Origin: Carpediemonas membranifera BICM
Lineage: Eukaryota; Protista; Fornicata
Length of the DNA: 64,000 nt
Reading direction: 5' to 3'
Assembly (NCBI GenBank): GCA_019828565.1
Contig: JAHDYR010000004.1
Location: 248,001-312,000 of the forward strand
The first letter of the stretch is position 1. Each line of letters begins with the position of its first letter. A model generated the notes under the pieces. The model ran no database searches, had not been told where the DNA came from, and saw only the letters and a program-made list of their open reading frames with translations. This document shows, piece by piece, positions 50,475 through 61,241 of the stretch. The translations under genes were made by a program, and so were the position numbers.

Positions 50475-50721
50475 TTGGCGTTTGATTGTACCATGTGTGA
50501 AATAAACAGCAGAGCTGCGATGGGGGGCGGGTGCTTGGACCAGTGTGATCGGCATGCCTCGGGCTCCTACCATCATGGAGTTGCCGAGCGCAGGGCACTG
50601 GGATTGGAAGATTATATGAGCTGAATGGACATAAAACAGACACGCACTGGTCATGTTGCAGCGTGTCATCGATCATGCGCAGAACTGACAATTGAGGATG
50701 ACATGATCGAACCAGCATAGA

Positions 50722-51819
50722 ATGAAGCGCTTTGGTGCTAAGCTTGGCTTCATATCCATTGCGATACTGTGTATTTTCCAGATAGCCTCCATCTACTGCG
50801 CAGCTGATCCTTCCATCGTCAAGGAAGAAACATGGCCATATCCATACGTCCAAGAGATCCTATGCGTCTCATTTATCGGCAATAGAACTCTAGCACAGCC
50901 CAAATCCCTCGGTTTGTGTGGAGAAGTTGGCTGCGATCGAGGATACCGCGGAGCTTATGACCCGGATGTCGCCGACACCTTTGGCAAGGAAGAGAGTGTC
51001 TGCATGCAGGTAATGCATGCCTGGAGGGATCCTCTTGGTGCTGGCGGCCTTCGATGCGTTCCTCTCGACTTCAACCCGGATGAAAGCCTGCTCACGGAGC
51101 CCGACCTCAACTTCCCCGAGGAGGAAGAGGAGGAGGAAGAGGAGCCCCGCCCCGAGAGATACATCTCCATCCTCTCCCCAGAGTCTGGTGTGACGTACAA
51201 TGGCGATGTCCCTCTCTCTGTGGATGTTTACGACGTGCCCGTCGATGTTATGGTCATGGTCCGTCGCCCCCTAGACGCAAACAGCTCGATCCTCGTCGCC
51301 AAGGAGGTGTTACATATCACCAACAGCACATCAAACCCAGTGAGCGTCTCGTCGGCCCAGACCCAGACCGTGACGACCGTGACGCCGAGCTTACTGACCC
51401 GCATCTTCTCCTTCAACACCGCAGAGGACGAGATTGAGGATGTCGCGGCTCTCCAAGACGTACCGCTGACTCTCACTGTTACCCGGCTCGACTATTCGTC
51501 TGCCTCAGCGTCGGTCTCATTCATTCATGTACCCCAAGTTTTCACAGTCACGGATGAAGTCGTCCAAACGCCAGGTGCAGCAGATGTCGTCGTGTCTGGT
51601 GTGCAGATCGTGTTTATCGTGTTCGTAGCATGCATACTACTCGCCGCCATTCTGATTTCGTGCATATTCGTCGCTGGCCTCATTCTCGGGGTCAAAATGA
51701 TCAACCAGATTCGAGACAAGAAGGCGACAGCAAGGAAGCTGGCTCCCAAGGGCGTCGTGGCCGGGGTGGAGGAACAGAGGAGTGTTGAGGCAGAGGCGCC
51801 GAAGATGGCGTCCCCGTGA
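50722..51819 (+). CDS. Type I membrane protein
   Basis: Signal peptide, Cys-containing N-domain, poly-Glu, Ig-like segment, single C-terminal TM, basic tail. Confidence 0.7.
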   Translation: MKRFGAKLGFISIAILCIFQIASIYCAADPSIVKEETWPYPYVQEILCVSFIGNRTLAQPKSLGLCGEVGCDRGYRGAYDPDVADTFGKEESVCMQVMHAWRDPLGAGGLRCVPLDFNPDESLLTEPDLNFPEEEEEEEEEPRPERYISILSPESGVTYNGDVPLSVDVYDVPVDVMVMVRRPLDANSSILVAKEVLHITNSTSNPVSVSSAQTQTVTTVTPSLLTRIFSFNTAEDEIEDVAALQDVPLTLTVTRLDYSSASASVSFIHVPQVFTVTDEVVQTPGAADVVVSGVQIVFIVFVACILLAAILISCIFVAGLILGVKMINQIRDKKATARKLAPKGVVAGVEEQRSVEAEAPKMASP

Positions 51820-52046
51820 GACCCGTAAATGTAAATTGAGTGATGTCTGATCGGCTCGCGTTACAGCAGCCACCAATCCATCGTTAAGCCATGCCCCAGC
51901 CTCATTGAGTCGACTGGTTGATTTGATCGTGTCTGATTGAGAGAGAGTCAACGCAGGTCAAGCGACTTTTGATGGAGTCTCGAGATATGCAACGAAAGAC
52001 GGGAGCAGAACCGAGAATGGAGATTTTAAACACGTGCAATCGCCCC

Positions 52047-52843
52047 GGCGCATGTTGCATGAATCTCCGCTGCCGACGATCCTGGATCCTGCGATATCCT
52101 CCCAAGATTTGACTTTCAACGACTGTCAACGAATGGAACAACCATGAAGGCCGCCATTCTTTTCCTCCTCGTCTGCGCCTGCCTCGCTACGAAGGGCCTC
52201 GACTTCTCTGTGTTCCAAGGAACTCCCTCAGTTACCGATTTGAGGTGTCTGAAGAGCAACGGCTTCGAGTTCGCCATCATTCAGGCCCAGCGCTCCAACG
52301 GCGGCTTTAACGACCACATCGGTCCTGCAGTTCGCAACGCGCAGGCCGCGGGCTTCAAGTACATCGATTTCTACTTCTTCCCCTCGAAGGCTCACTCAGC
52401 CTCCTCCCAGGTCCGCAACACCGTCGCCAAGCTCAAGGCCGCCGGGCTGTACCACTCGCAGCACCAGATGTGGATCGACATCGAGAACCACGCCCTATTC
52501 TTCTCCAGCTGCTCCGAGAACGTCAAGTTCATCAAGGAGATCGTCAAGGAGCTCGAGACCTACTGGCCCGGCAAGGTGGGCATGTACACCTCGGAGGCCC
52601 AGTGGAGCCCCATCGCGTGCAACAGCAAGGATTTCTCTCACATGCAGCTGTGGTGGCCCCGTTACGACGGCGTCGGGAGCCTCACCCACAACTGGCGCAG
52701 CTTCGGCGGCTGGTCCAGGCCCGCTATCAAGCAGTACCGCGGCACCACGTCGATCTGCGGCACCCAGATCGACGAGGACGTCTACTAAGTCCAGTAAATG
52801 CTGACTGCAGTTGAGTCGGGTGATTATACGGAATGACAGCGCA
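52047..52843 (+). repeat. ~797-bp inverted duplication, left arm
   Basis: Reverse complement of 54003-54799; encoded proteins are identical. Confidence 0.92.
52144..52788 (+). CDS. Secreted GH25 lysozyme (muramidase), copy 1
   Basis: Signal peptide; GLDFSVFQG, WIDIE (DxE), GMYTS..QW, LWWPRYD, FGGW..P.IKQY, IDED. Confidence 0.92.
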   Translation: MKAAILFLLVCACLATKGLDFSVFQGTPSVTDLRCLKSNGFEFAIIQAQRSNGGFNDHIGPAVRNAQAAGFKYIDFYFFPSKAHSASSQVRNTVAKLKAAGLYHSQHQMWIDIENHALFFSSCSENVKFIKEIVKELETYWPGKVGMYTSEAQWSPIACNSKDFSHMQLWWPRYDGVGSLTHNWRSFGGWSRPAIKQYRGTTSICGTQIDEDVY

Positions 52844-53110
52844 GGTGCAGCACTATACCACCAGGCTACATGCCCACATTCCCCTGCAAACATGTGGCAC
52901 TGCCCTGACTCTCTTCAATCGTCAGGGTGCATGGGGCCGGGGCAGGTGGGCTATCTTACCTCAAACAAATGCTGGTCCCCGTGGCATGGAGCCGATGAGA
53001 TCCTTATCGGCAGCCGCGACTGGAGACTGCCGCTATGAATCTGATAATTTGTGCTGAGATATGATGAAGATCTCTGCAGGCAACTGACGAAGACAGCCAA
53101 CCAACTCCAA

Positions 53111-53896
53111 ATGACGATTGTTGTGGAATATAGAATCCCTATGCCCTTTACTATGGAGGAATACGCCGTTGGCCAGTTGTACATGATCGCTCAAGCTTCC
53201 ATGGCGGAATCTAAGCCAGGAGAAGGTGTTTCGTTCGTCAAGAACGAACCTATTGATCCTAATGACAGTCAAAAGGGCTGGTATACGCGCAAGATCTTTC
53301 ATGTGGGGAACTCGCCGCAAATCCCGAAGTTTATTCGTGCCATCATCAAGAATGCCGTGAACGTCGTCGAGAACTCGTGGAACAGCTGGCCCCACTATCG
53401 CACAGAGTACCACAGCCCCCTGTTCGGCAGCAACTTCAAGTACACCATCGAATCCTACCATGTGGCGGATAAGGCTGAGTCCGACGCCAACGACCTGCCG
53501 ATCCAGATTAAGGACAAGTACAAGAAGAAGAAGAAAGTAGTGGTTCTGGACATAGCCACTAGTGATCCCGCTGCAATGGCGGACTGCAACCCGCTCACAC
53601 ACTCTTGCGAGAAGAGTGGCATGCCTCCGCTGACCGAGGACTGGCTTGAGACCCAGCCGGCCGATCGGGTGATGACTGCTTACAAGGTGGTCACAGTGCA
53701 CTGTAACATATTCGGAGTCGGTCACAGAATCGAGCAATTTGTTCAAAGGCTGACAGCCGAACTTTTCGTCCAGTACCATCGTAAGATTTTCGTCTGGCAC
53801 GACTCGTGGTTCGATAAGACGATGGAGGATATCCATGAGCTGGAGAGCCTGGCGCAACAGAAGCTGGCAGTCAGCCAGTCCATGGAGGTTGTTTGA
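53111..53896 (+). CDS. Phosphatidylinositol transfer protein (START-like PITP)
   Basis: VEYRIPMPFTMEEYAVGQLYMIA, GEGV..VKNEP, G.YTRKIFH, E.SWN.WP..RTEY, MTAYKVV, HR.IF.W.D.W...TMEDI. Confidence 0.93.
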   Translation: MTIVVEYRIPMPFTMEEYAVGQLYMIAQASMAESKPGEGVSFVKNEPIDPNDSQKGWYTRKIFHVGNSPQIPKFIRAIIKNAVNVVENSWNSWPHYRTEYHSPLFGSNFKYTIESYHVADKAESDANDLPIQIKDKYKKKKKVVVLDIATSDPAAMADCNPLTHSCEKSGMPPLTEDWLETQPADRVMTAYKVVTVHCNIFGVGHRIEQFVQRLTAELFVQYHRKIFVWHDSWFDKTMEDIHELESLAQQKLAVSQSMEVV

Positions 53897-54002
53897 TTTC
53901 CCAATTTAAAAAATGATCAATGACGGCAGATGAATGAGCGTGGTTGCGCTGGGGCTGGGGCCTTACTCAGCTTTCATTGGGCCATGTAGCCGAGGCTGGC
54001 AT

Positions 54003-54799
54003 TGCGCTGTCATTCCGTATAATCACCCGACTCAACTGCAGTCAGCATTTACTGGACTTAGTAGACGTCCTCGTCGATCTGGGTGCCGCAGATCGACGTG
54101 GTGCCGCGGTACTGCTTGATAGCGGGCCTGGACCAGCCGCCGAAGCTGCGCCAGTTGTGGGTGAGGCTCCCGACGCCGTCGTAACGGGGCCACCACAGCT
54201 GCATGTGAGAGAAATCCTTGCTGTTGCACGCGATGGGGCTCCACTGGGCCTCCGAGGTGTACATGCCCACCTTGCCGGGCCAGTAGGTCTCGAGCTCCTT
54301 GACGATCTCCTTGATGAACTTGACGTTCTCGGAGCAGCTGGAGAAGAATAGGGCGTGGTTCTCGATGTCGATCCACATCTGGTGCTGCGAGTGGTACAGC
54401 CCGGCGGCCTTGAGCTTGGCGACGGTGTTGCGGACCTGGGAGGAGGCTGAGTGAGCCTTCGAGGGGAAGAAGTAGAAATCGATGTACTTGAAGCCCGCGG
54501 CCTGCGCGTTGCGAACTGCAGGACCGATGTGGTCGTTAAAGCCGCCGTTGGAGCGCTGGGCCTGAATGATGGCGAACTCGAAGCCGTTGCTCTTCAGACA
54601 CCTCAAATCGGTAACTGAGGGAGTTCCTTGGAACACAGAGAAGTCGAGGCCCTTCGTAGCGAGGCAGGCGCAGACGAGGAGGAAAAGAATGGCGGCCTTC
54701 ATGGTTGTTCCATTCGTTGACAGTCGTTGAAAGTCAAATCTTGGGAGGATATCGCAGGATCCAGGATCGTCGGCAGCGGAGATTCACGCAGCATGCGCC
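54003..54799 (-). repeat. ~797-bp inverted duplication, right arm
   Basis: Reverse complement of 52047-52843. Confidence 0.92.
54058..54702 (-). CDS. Secreted GH25 lysozyme, copy 2
   Basis: Protein identical to 52144-52788. Confidence 0.92.
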   Translation of the reverse strand: MKAAILFLLVCACLATKGLDFSVFQGTPSVTDLRCLKSNGFEFAIIQAQRSNGGFNDHIGPAVRNAQAAGFKYIDFYFFPSKAHSASSQVRNTVAKLKAAGLYHSQHQMWIDIENHALFFSSCSENVKFIKEIVKELETYWPGKVGMYTSEAQWSPIACNSKDFSHMQLWWPRYDGVGSLTHNWRSFGGWSRPAIKQYRGTTSICGTQIDEDVY

Positions 54800-55071
54800 A
54801 GGTCCTCGTTATGAAGGGTGTTCATGTCACGCCGTCATTCTATTGTTCCAAGTCAGGACAACGATGATTAGTTTCTCGGCCCGTGGTGTCACATCTGGAT
54901 GTTCGTAGCATGCTCACCACAGTCGAAAAACGCACTGATCAGGGAAATGATGGGAATTTTGAACGGGTTGGGCCGCGTTCAGGCGGGCGACGGAGGTCCG
55001 GCCCGGGCCTGTGACGGAGGAGGACTGGCGATGGGGCGGGGCGGGTGTAAATGCTGAGCTAACCAATCTCT

Positions 55072-58000
55072 TTACCTATACATGTCGTTCAGCGTGCGCA
55101 GGCCCGGGGCGCTGGGCGCGTTCGTGCGGTATGTCGCGGTGACCGTGCCCATCGCGGCGAGCGCGGCTGCTCTCTCGTCTTCGGACAGCGTCATCCAGGG
55201 CGCGCTGGCGTTACCAAACGTCTGCCCGACGGTCCCGATGATCGCGGGCTGGCCCTCGCCGAGCGTCATCATGCCGGGGGCGCTGGCGTTCGCGAAGGTG
55301 CCGACCTCGTGGTTGCGCACGGAGCTCTCCGTGTACATCTCGGTCGAGACGCTGTCGGGCAGCGCGGCGACGACTTCCGCGAAGGTGGGGCGGTCGCGCG
55401 GGTCGGGCGCCACGCAGCGGCGGATCAGCTCGCCCACGGCCGCCGGCGTGCCCACGGGAATCATCGGCCGGTAGCCAGCCCGCACGTGCGCGCGGATGGC
55501 GTCGAGCCCGAGGCGCTCCTGGCGGTACGGGATGTCGCGCGCGGCGATCTCCCAGAGCGTGATGCCGAAGGCGTAGACGTCGGCCTTCTCGCCGCCCACG
55601 CCGTCGAAGCGCTCGGGCGCCATCCACGGCCACGAGCCCTCGACGAAATTCACATGATCGTCGAGCCCCGCGGTCAGCCCGAAGTCGCTAAGGTTTGCTG
55701 TGGAGCCAGTGATGAGGACGTTGAGCGACTTGAGGTCCCTGTGCTCGTAGCCCTCGCCCACGATGAACGCCATGGCCGCCGCGATGTCGCGCGCGAACTT
55801 CAGCCGCGCGTCCCAGGGCAGGTCGGCCTTCGAGAGCAGCAGCGCAGAGAGCGACCCCGACGCGAGCTCGAGCGCGAGCCGGATCTCCCGGTCGTCCTGC
55901 TCGAGCGCGTAGAGCGCGATGACGTTGTTGTGGCGCAGCTGCTTGTGGATGAAGATCTCACTCTGGAGTCGGTCGGCCTGCATCGCGTTCAGGTCAGCCC
56001 GCGCGACGACCTTGACGGCGCACTCGCTGCCGCCGTACGTGCCGCGGAAGACGGCCGCCATGCCGCCCTCGCCGATGAGGTCGGCCTGGCTGAACGCGAT
56101 GCTGCCCGCCGGTTTCGTGATGTCCGCGTTGAGGTCATAGTTCACACGAGCGGGTTCTGCTTGGCTCTGCAGCAAGAACTGCAGGTTGCTGCCCTTCTTC
56201 ACGCGTTGGGCAGCTGTCTTGCCCTTGTACGTCGCGGCCCGGTCGGCGCCGTGCTTCAGCAGCAGGCTGACGATGTCGAAGTTGCCCGCCTTGACGGCAG
56301 CGAAGAGCGGCGGCATCTTGCCCTCCACGCCGTTCGCGGACACGCCCGCCACGAGCAGCCGCTTCACGGCAGCGGTGTCGCCCTGCGTGATGGCGTCGCT
56401 GAGCTTCTTCGTCAGGGCGTCGTTGATGGCGGCCAGGATCACGCCGGCCATATGCGGGTCGGCCACGCCCTTGACGGCCTGCAGCGCGTTGACGCCGACC
56501 GGCGGGAGGAGGGGTCGGCGCCGCGGGCGAGCAGCTTCGTCGCGGAGTCCCAGTGGCCGCCCTGGATGGCGACCACGAGCGCAGTCGTGTTCCGGCTGAC
56601 GGTGTCGATGTCAACCCTCGCGGCCAGCATCGCGGCCAGCATCGGCGGCTTGGCGACGGCGGCCAGCAGCGGGTGGCCGTCCGGGAAGGCGTCGTCGAGC
56701 AGGCAGCCGGCCTTGAGCAGCGCCGCGAAGGCCTGCGGCTGGTCGTGCACGAACGCGCTGTGCAGCGGCGACCGGCGCTCGCGGTCGAGGCAGTTGAGGA
56801 CGACGGGGCTGAACAGCTTGTCTCTGAGCAGCTTCCTCGAGCGCATCTTGCCGACGTCGCCGCTGATGATGTGCGCGTGGAGCTCGTCGCTCCTCTCCAG
56901 CGCCTCCTTGACGCGGCCCCTGAGCGCGGGCATCGGGTCCTTGGCGAGCGCCTGCACGGGCTGGAGGCGGGCGAGGCCGGTCCTCAGCGCGAGCACTCGC
57001 GCCTCGTGCTGCGTCGCGTGCGGGCCGGCGGCGGCCAGCAGGACATTTGCCTTGTCCAACAGGGCCTTGGCACTCTCGAGGTTCGCAAGGGAGAATATCG
57101 CATCGTCTGCATCGGACAGCATGCGCTCCGCATCGTGCACTTTGACAAGTCTCGCGACCACGGGCAGGGCGTTAACCTGCTTGAGGACGGCGTTGACCAC
57201 AGAGTTGGCGTGCGTTGATGTGAACCCCCGCGGCCCGAGAGAAACCGTTGTTTCAGGGCGGTTGACCTTCATTTGGAAAACGCGAGGCAATTTGTCTCCG
57301 GCAGTCGCGTGGTCGAGCACGCGACGCAGGTCACGAGCGTCAGTCGGGACGTAACTGGGGAACATGTAGCGGAGCTCCGTCTTGCTATTCACCGGCCGGC
57401 TCAGGCGCCCGTCCAATATCGCGTCCAGACAGATTCGGTTGAGCGGGTCAATGATATCATGAACCGCCGATTTGGGCACTGACGGGCAGAAAAACCCGTC
57501 ATTGTTGAGCTGAATCGTGCACTGTGGCGACCTCAGCTGCATCGTGAAGGAGCGAGGCAGGACGTGGCATGACAAGATGTGGTCGACGACGCGGGAGAGG
57601 TCACCGAGGGTGATTTTCAAGATCAGCGCACTTGCCTTGTCGAAGCCGAAATCAACGTCGCTTTCAGCCGTGACGGGCTGGGCGCAGAACTCGTTGATCT
57701 TGTGACGGAAGATAGCCTGGTTAAACTTATACATGATGGCGGTCACCGGACCACCGGTGGCTTCCCCGCGGGCGATGAGGAACTTTTCTGCGTTCAGTTT
57801 GACGACCATCTTGGGCTTGGACAGCTTCATCTCGAACGAACGAGGGGCAATCCTCCGGCCGGCCAGACGGGACAGAGCGGCACGGAAATCCTCGGCCGTG
57901 AGCGGCGCGTGTTCGCCCAGGCTGATCTCATCGTCGGTCGAGATGGCGTCGAGGTGGGCGGTCAGGAAGCTGAAGCCGCTGAGCACCTCGGCCACGGCCT

Positions 58001-60938
58001 GGTTCGGTGGGGCGACCTCGAAGCCGGTCGGGCCGAGGGTGACGGTGGCGGCTGGGTCGTCGAGCTGGACCTCGAATGAGCGGGGCGCGATACCTGCCAG
58101 TTCAATGTGGCTCAGCACCTGCTGGAGCGAGGGCAGGTCGGCGTGGACGAGGCGAACGGCTGCGTCGGGCGTAACCGGCTGGGCACAAGCAGCGCTGACA
58201 GAAGCGGCGAGACGGATACGGTTGAGCGGCTCAACGGCTTGGACAACGTCAGCAGAGAAGCCCGCAGGCGACGACAGGAGGAAGCCGTCCTGGTCGGTGT
58301 GGACCACGCCGGCGGGGTCAGCCAGCCGCATCTCGAAGGAACGGGGGGCGACCTTCCGTTCAGTCAGTATGGCGAGGGCCACGTTGAGGTCGCCAATCGT
58401 GAGCGGCGCGTGCTCGCCCAGGCTGATCTCATCGGCGGTCGAGATGGCGTCGAGGTAGGCGGTCAGGAAGCTGAAGCCGCTGACAACAAAATCGACAACA
58501 TCGCTGGGTGGGGCGACCTCGAAGCCGGTCGGGCCGAGGGTGACGGTGGCGGCTGGGTCGTCGAGCTGGACCTCGAATGAGCGGGGCGCGATACCTGCCA
58601 GTTCAATGTGGCTCAGCACCTGCTGGAGCGAGGGCAGGTCGGCGTGGACGAGGCGAACGGCTGCGTCGGGCGTAACCGGCTGGGCACAAGCAGCGCTGAC
58701 AGAAGCGGCGAGACGGATACGGTTGAGCGGCTCAACGGCTTGGACAACGTCAGCAGAGAAGCCCGCAGGCGACGACAGGAGGAAGCCGTCCTGGTCGGTG
58801 TGGACCACGCCGGCGGGGTCAGCCAGCCGCATCTCGAAGGAACGGGGGGCGACCTTCCGTTCAGTCAGTATGGCGAGGGCCACGTTGAGGTCGCCAATCG
58901 TGAGCGGCGCGTGCTCGCCCAGGCTGATCTCATCGGCGGTCGAGATGGCGTCGAGGTAGGCGGTCAGGAAGCTGAAGCCGCTGACAACAAAATCGACAAC
59001 ATCGCTGGGTGGGGCGACCTCGAAGCCGGTCGGGCCGAGGGTGACGGTGGCGGCTGGGTCGTCGAGCTGGACCTCGAATGAGCGGGGCGCGATACCAGTG
59101 GCTTTGACGTGCGCGAGGAGCTTCTTCAGCGTGAATAGATCGGCGTGGGTGACTCTGATCGCGGTCTTGGCCGTGACGGCTTGGGCGCAGACTCTAGCAA
59201 CTGCTGCGGTGAGACAAGAACGGTTGAGCGGCAGTAGGGCGGCGGCGATCTTGTCATCTGCGGGCGAGACTGAGATGAAGCCGTTAGGGTCCATGACAGC
59301 GGTGGACGCGGCAGGCAGGGCGATCCCGGCGTCGGCGCAGGCCTGGGCGACCAGTTTGTTGAGGCGACTCTGGTTGAGCGGGGCGAGTAGGCCGCGAACC
59401 TCGGAGTTTGTGGGGGTCTCAAAGAAGAGGCCATCATACATGCTGACAGCGACAGGTGGGTGGGCCATCCTCATCTCGAAGGAGCGGGGCAGGCCCGTGG
59501 CGAGGATGTGGATGACGACCCACGCCAGGTCGGCGAGGTAGAGGGGCGAGTCGTCGGACGGCAGGCGGATGTCGGCGCCGAGCGTGGGTTGGGCGCAGAC
59601 CTCCTCGATCTCTGGCGAGTGCTTGATATGCCACTGCTTAGCGGTCTTGTCGTCAGAGCCAGAGAGCAGGGTCGACCCGTCTGGGGAGAAGACGACGCTG
59701 TTCACCCAATCATCATGACCCCTGAGCGTCTCGAAGCACTCGCCGCTGCCGATGCTCCAGAGCTTGACGGTGTTGTCATCAGAACCAGAGGCGAGGGTCC
59801 TGCCGTCGGGCGAGAAGGCGACGCTGCTGACAAAGCTCGCGTGCCCCCTGAGGACGGCGACGCACTCCCAGGTCCTGGTGTCCCAGAGTCTGATGGTCTT
59901 GTCCCACGACCCAGAGGCCAGCAGAGCGCCGTCCGGGGAGATGGCGACGGCGTTGACAGAATCAGTGTGGCCCTCCAGAGTCTGCTCGAGTCTGCCCGAC
60001 TCAGCGTCCCACACCTTGATCGTCATGTCCCTTGATCCAGAGACGATGGTCTTGCCGTCGGGGGAGACGGCGACGGAGAGCACCCAATTTGAGTGCCCTT
60101 CCATCGTCCTGTACTCGCCGGTGGCGACGTCCCACGACCTGACTGTCTTGTCAAATGATCCGGACACCAGCGTCTTGCCGTCTCGGGAGAAGGCGAGGCT
60201 GTTCACATTATTGGTGTGCCCCTCGAGCGTCTTGACGAGTCTGCCGCGCTTGCTCCACAGCTTGATCTTGTGGTTATCACCGCTCGATGCGATGGTTGAC
60301 CCGTCCGGGGAGACGGCGATGCACCGAACCTTCCCACCATGTTCCATCGACTCCTTGCACACGCCGCGCTTGTCCCACAGCTTGGTCGTCCCATCCCATG
60401 ACCCAGTGACCATGGTGCCGTCAGGGAGGAAGGCGACGCTGATCACGCCACTGGTGTGACCCTTCATCGTCTGGATGCACTCAGCCATCCTCGCATTCCA
60501 GGCAGCGAGCAGGTCGTCGACGGCGCTGTCGGGCTTGTCGGCGGCCAGCTTGCCATACCTCATCGTGACAGTGAGGTCGGGCTCAGTCAGCCTCATGCTG
60601 AATGCTGCGGGCACCACCGAGAAGAGATTGAGGACGCGGGCGAGGTCTGCGACGGTGAGGGGCGAGGATCCGATGGGATTGATGTGGAGCTTGTCCTCTG
60701 GGGCGAAGACGCGCGTAGTGGCGTCTCTGATCATGTGATCTACTGCTCTGCACTCGCTGCTGCGTGAGATTCTCGGGGAGGACGCACCATTGTTGAGATC
60801 CACTGTGTTAGTGCTCTTGAACTCGCCGCGGGCTGCATCTCTGCGCCAAAATGGCGGGGAACGTACCAGCTGTGTAAATTTGCCGTCAAAAGCGTACTTT
60901 GTGCACCGTCTCTGCACTGATCGCGCTGTTTCGGACAT
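55072..60938 (-). pseudogene. WD40-ankyrin-TKL kinase, paralogue C (one propeller, expanded PRSF array, 1-nt frameshift; pseudogene or sequencing error)
   Basis: ORFs 56439-61037 and 55072-56466 join if one C is restored in the C4 run (G4 at 56511-56514); paralogues A and B have C5. Kinase motifs intact. Confidence 0.75.
58007..59096. repeat. 501-bp (167-codon) near-perfect intragenic tandem repeat, ~2.2 units
   Basis: ggtggggcgacctcgaagccggtcgggccg recurs with 501-bp spacing; the protein block IAPRSFEVQL...VAPRSFEMRL is repeated. Confidence 0.88.
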
Positions 60939-61241
60939 TCTGTGGTGACTTCTTGGAAGTCGAAGCGGTTTCGGGAGATCGACATCCAACGCCACAGATG
61001 TGTGTGTTTTATGTCCACAGATCGTCTGCGCTGTCAAATGCAGGTTGGCAGGCTGGCCGTGGCAGGTTCCAGTGCTGGCCGGCCCGGCTTCATGGGCCTC
61101 GCGGCGCTCGCAGCTGTTTGTGAAGCGATGGCATGGTGAAGCGATGGAGACTAGCGTGTCTCATGAGGTATGGCCGGCATTGAATCAATTTATGACAAAT
61201 ATATGAATACCTAAAAACAAATCCACCGCTTCAACAAAATC

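Noticed and set aside
58007-59096. CRISPR-like or satellite array
   Set aside because: Units are 501 bp, in-frame coding repeats without spacers; eukaryotic context.
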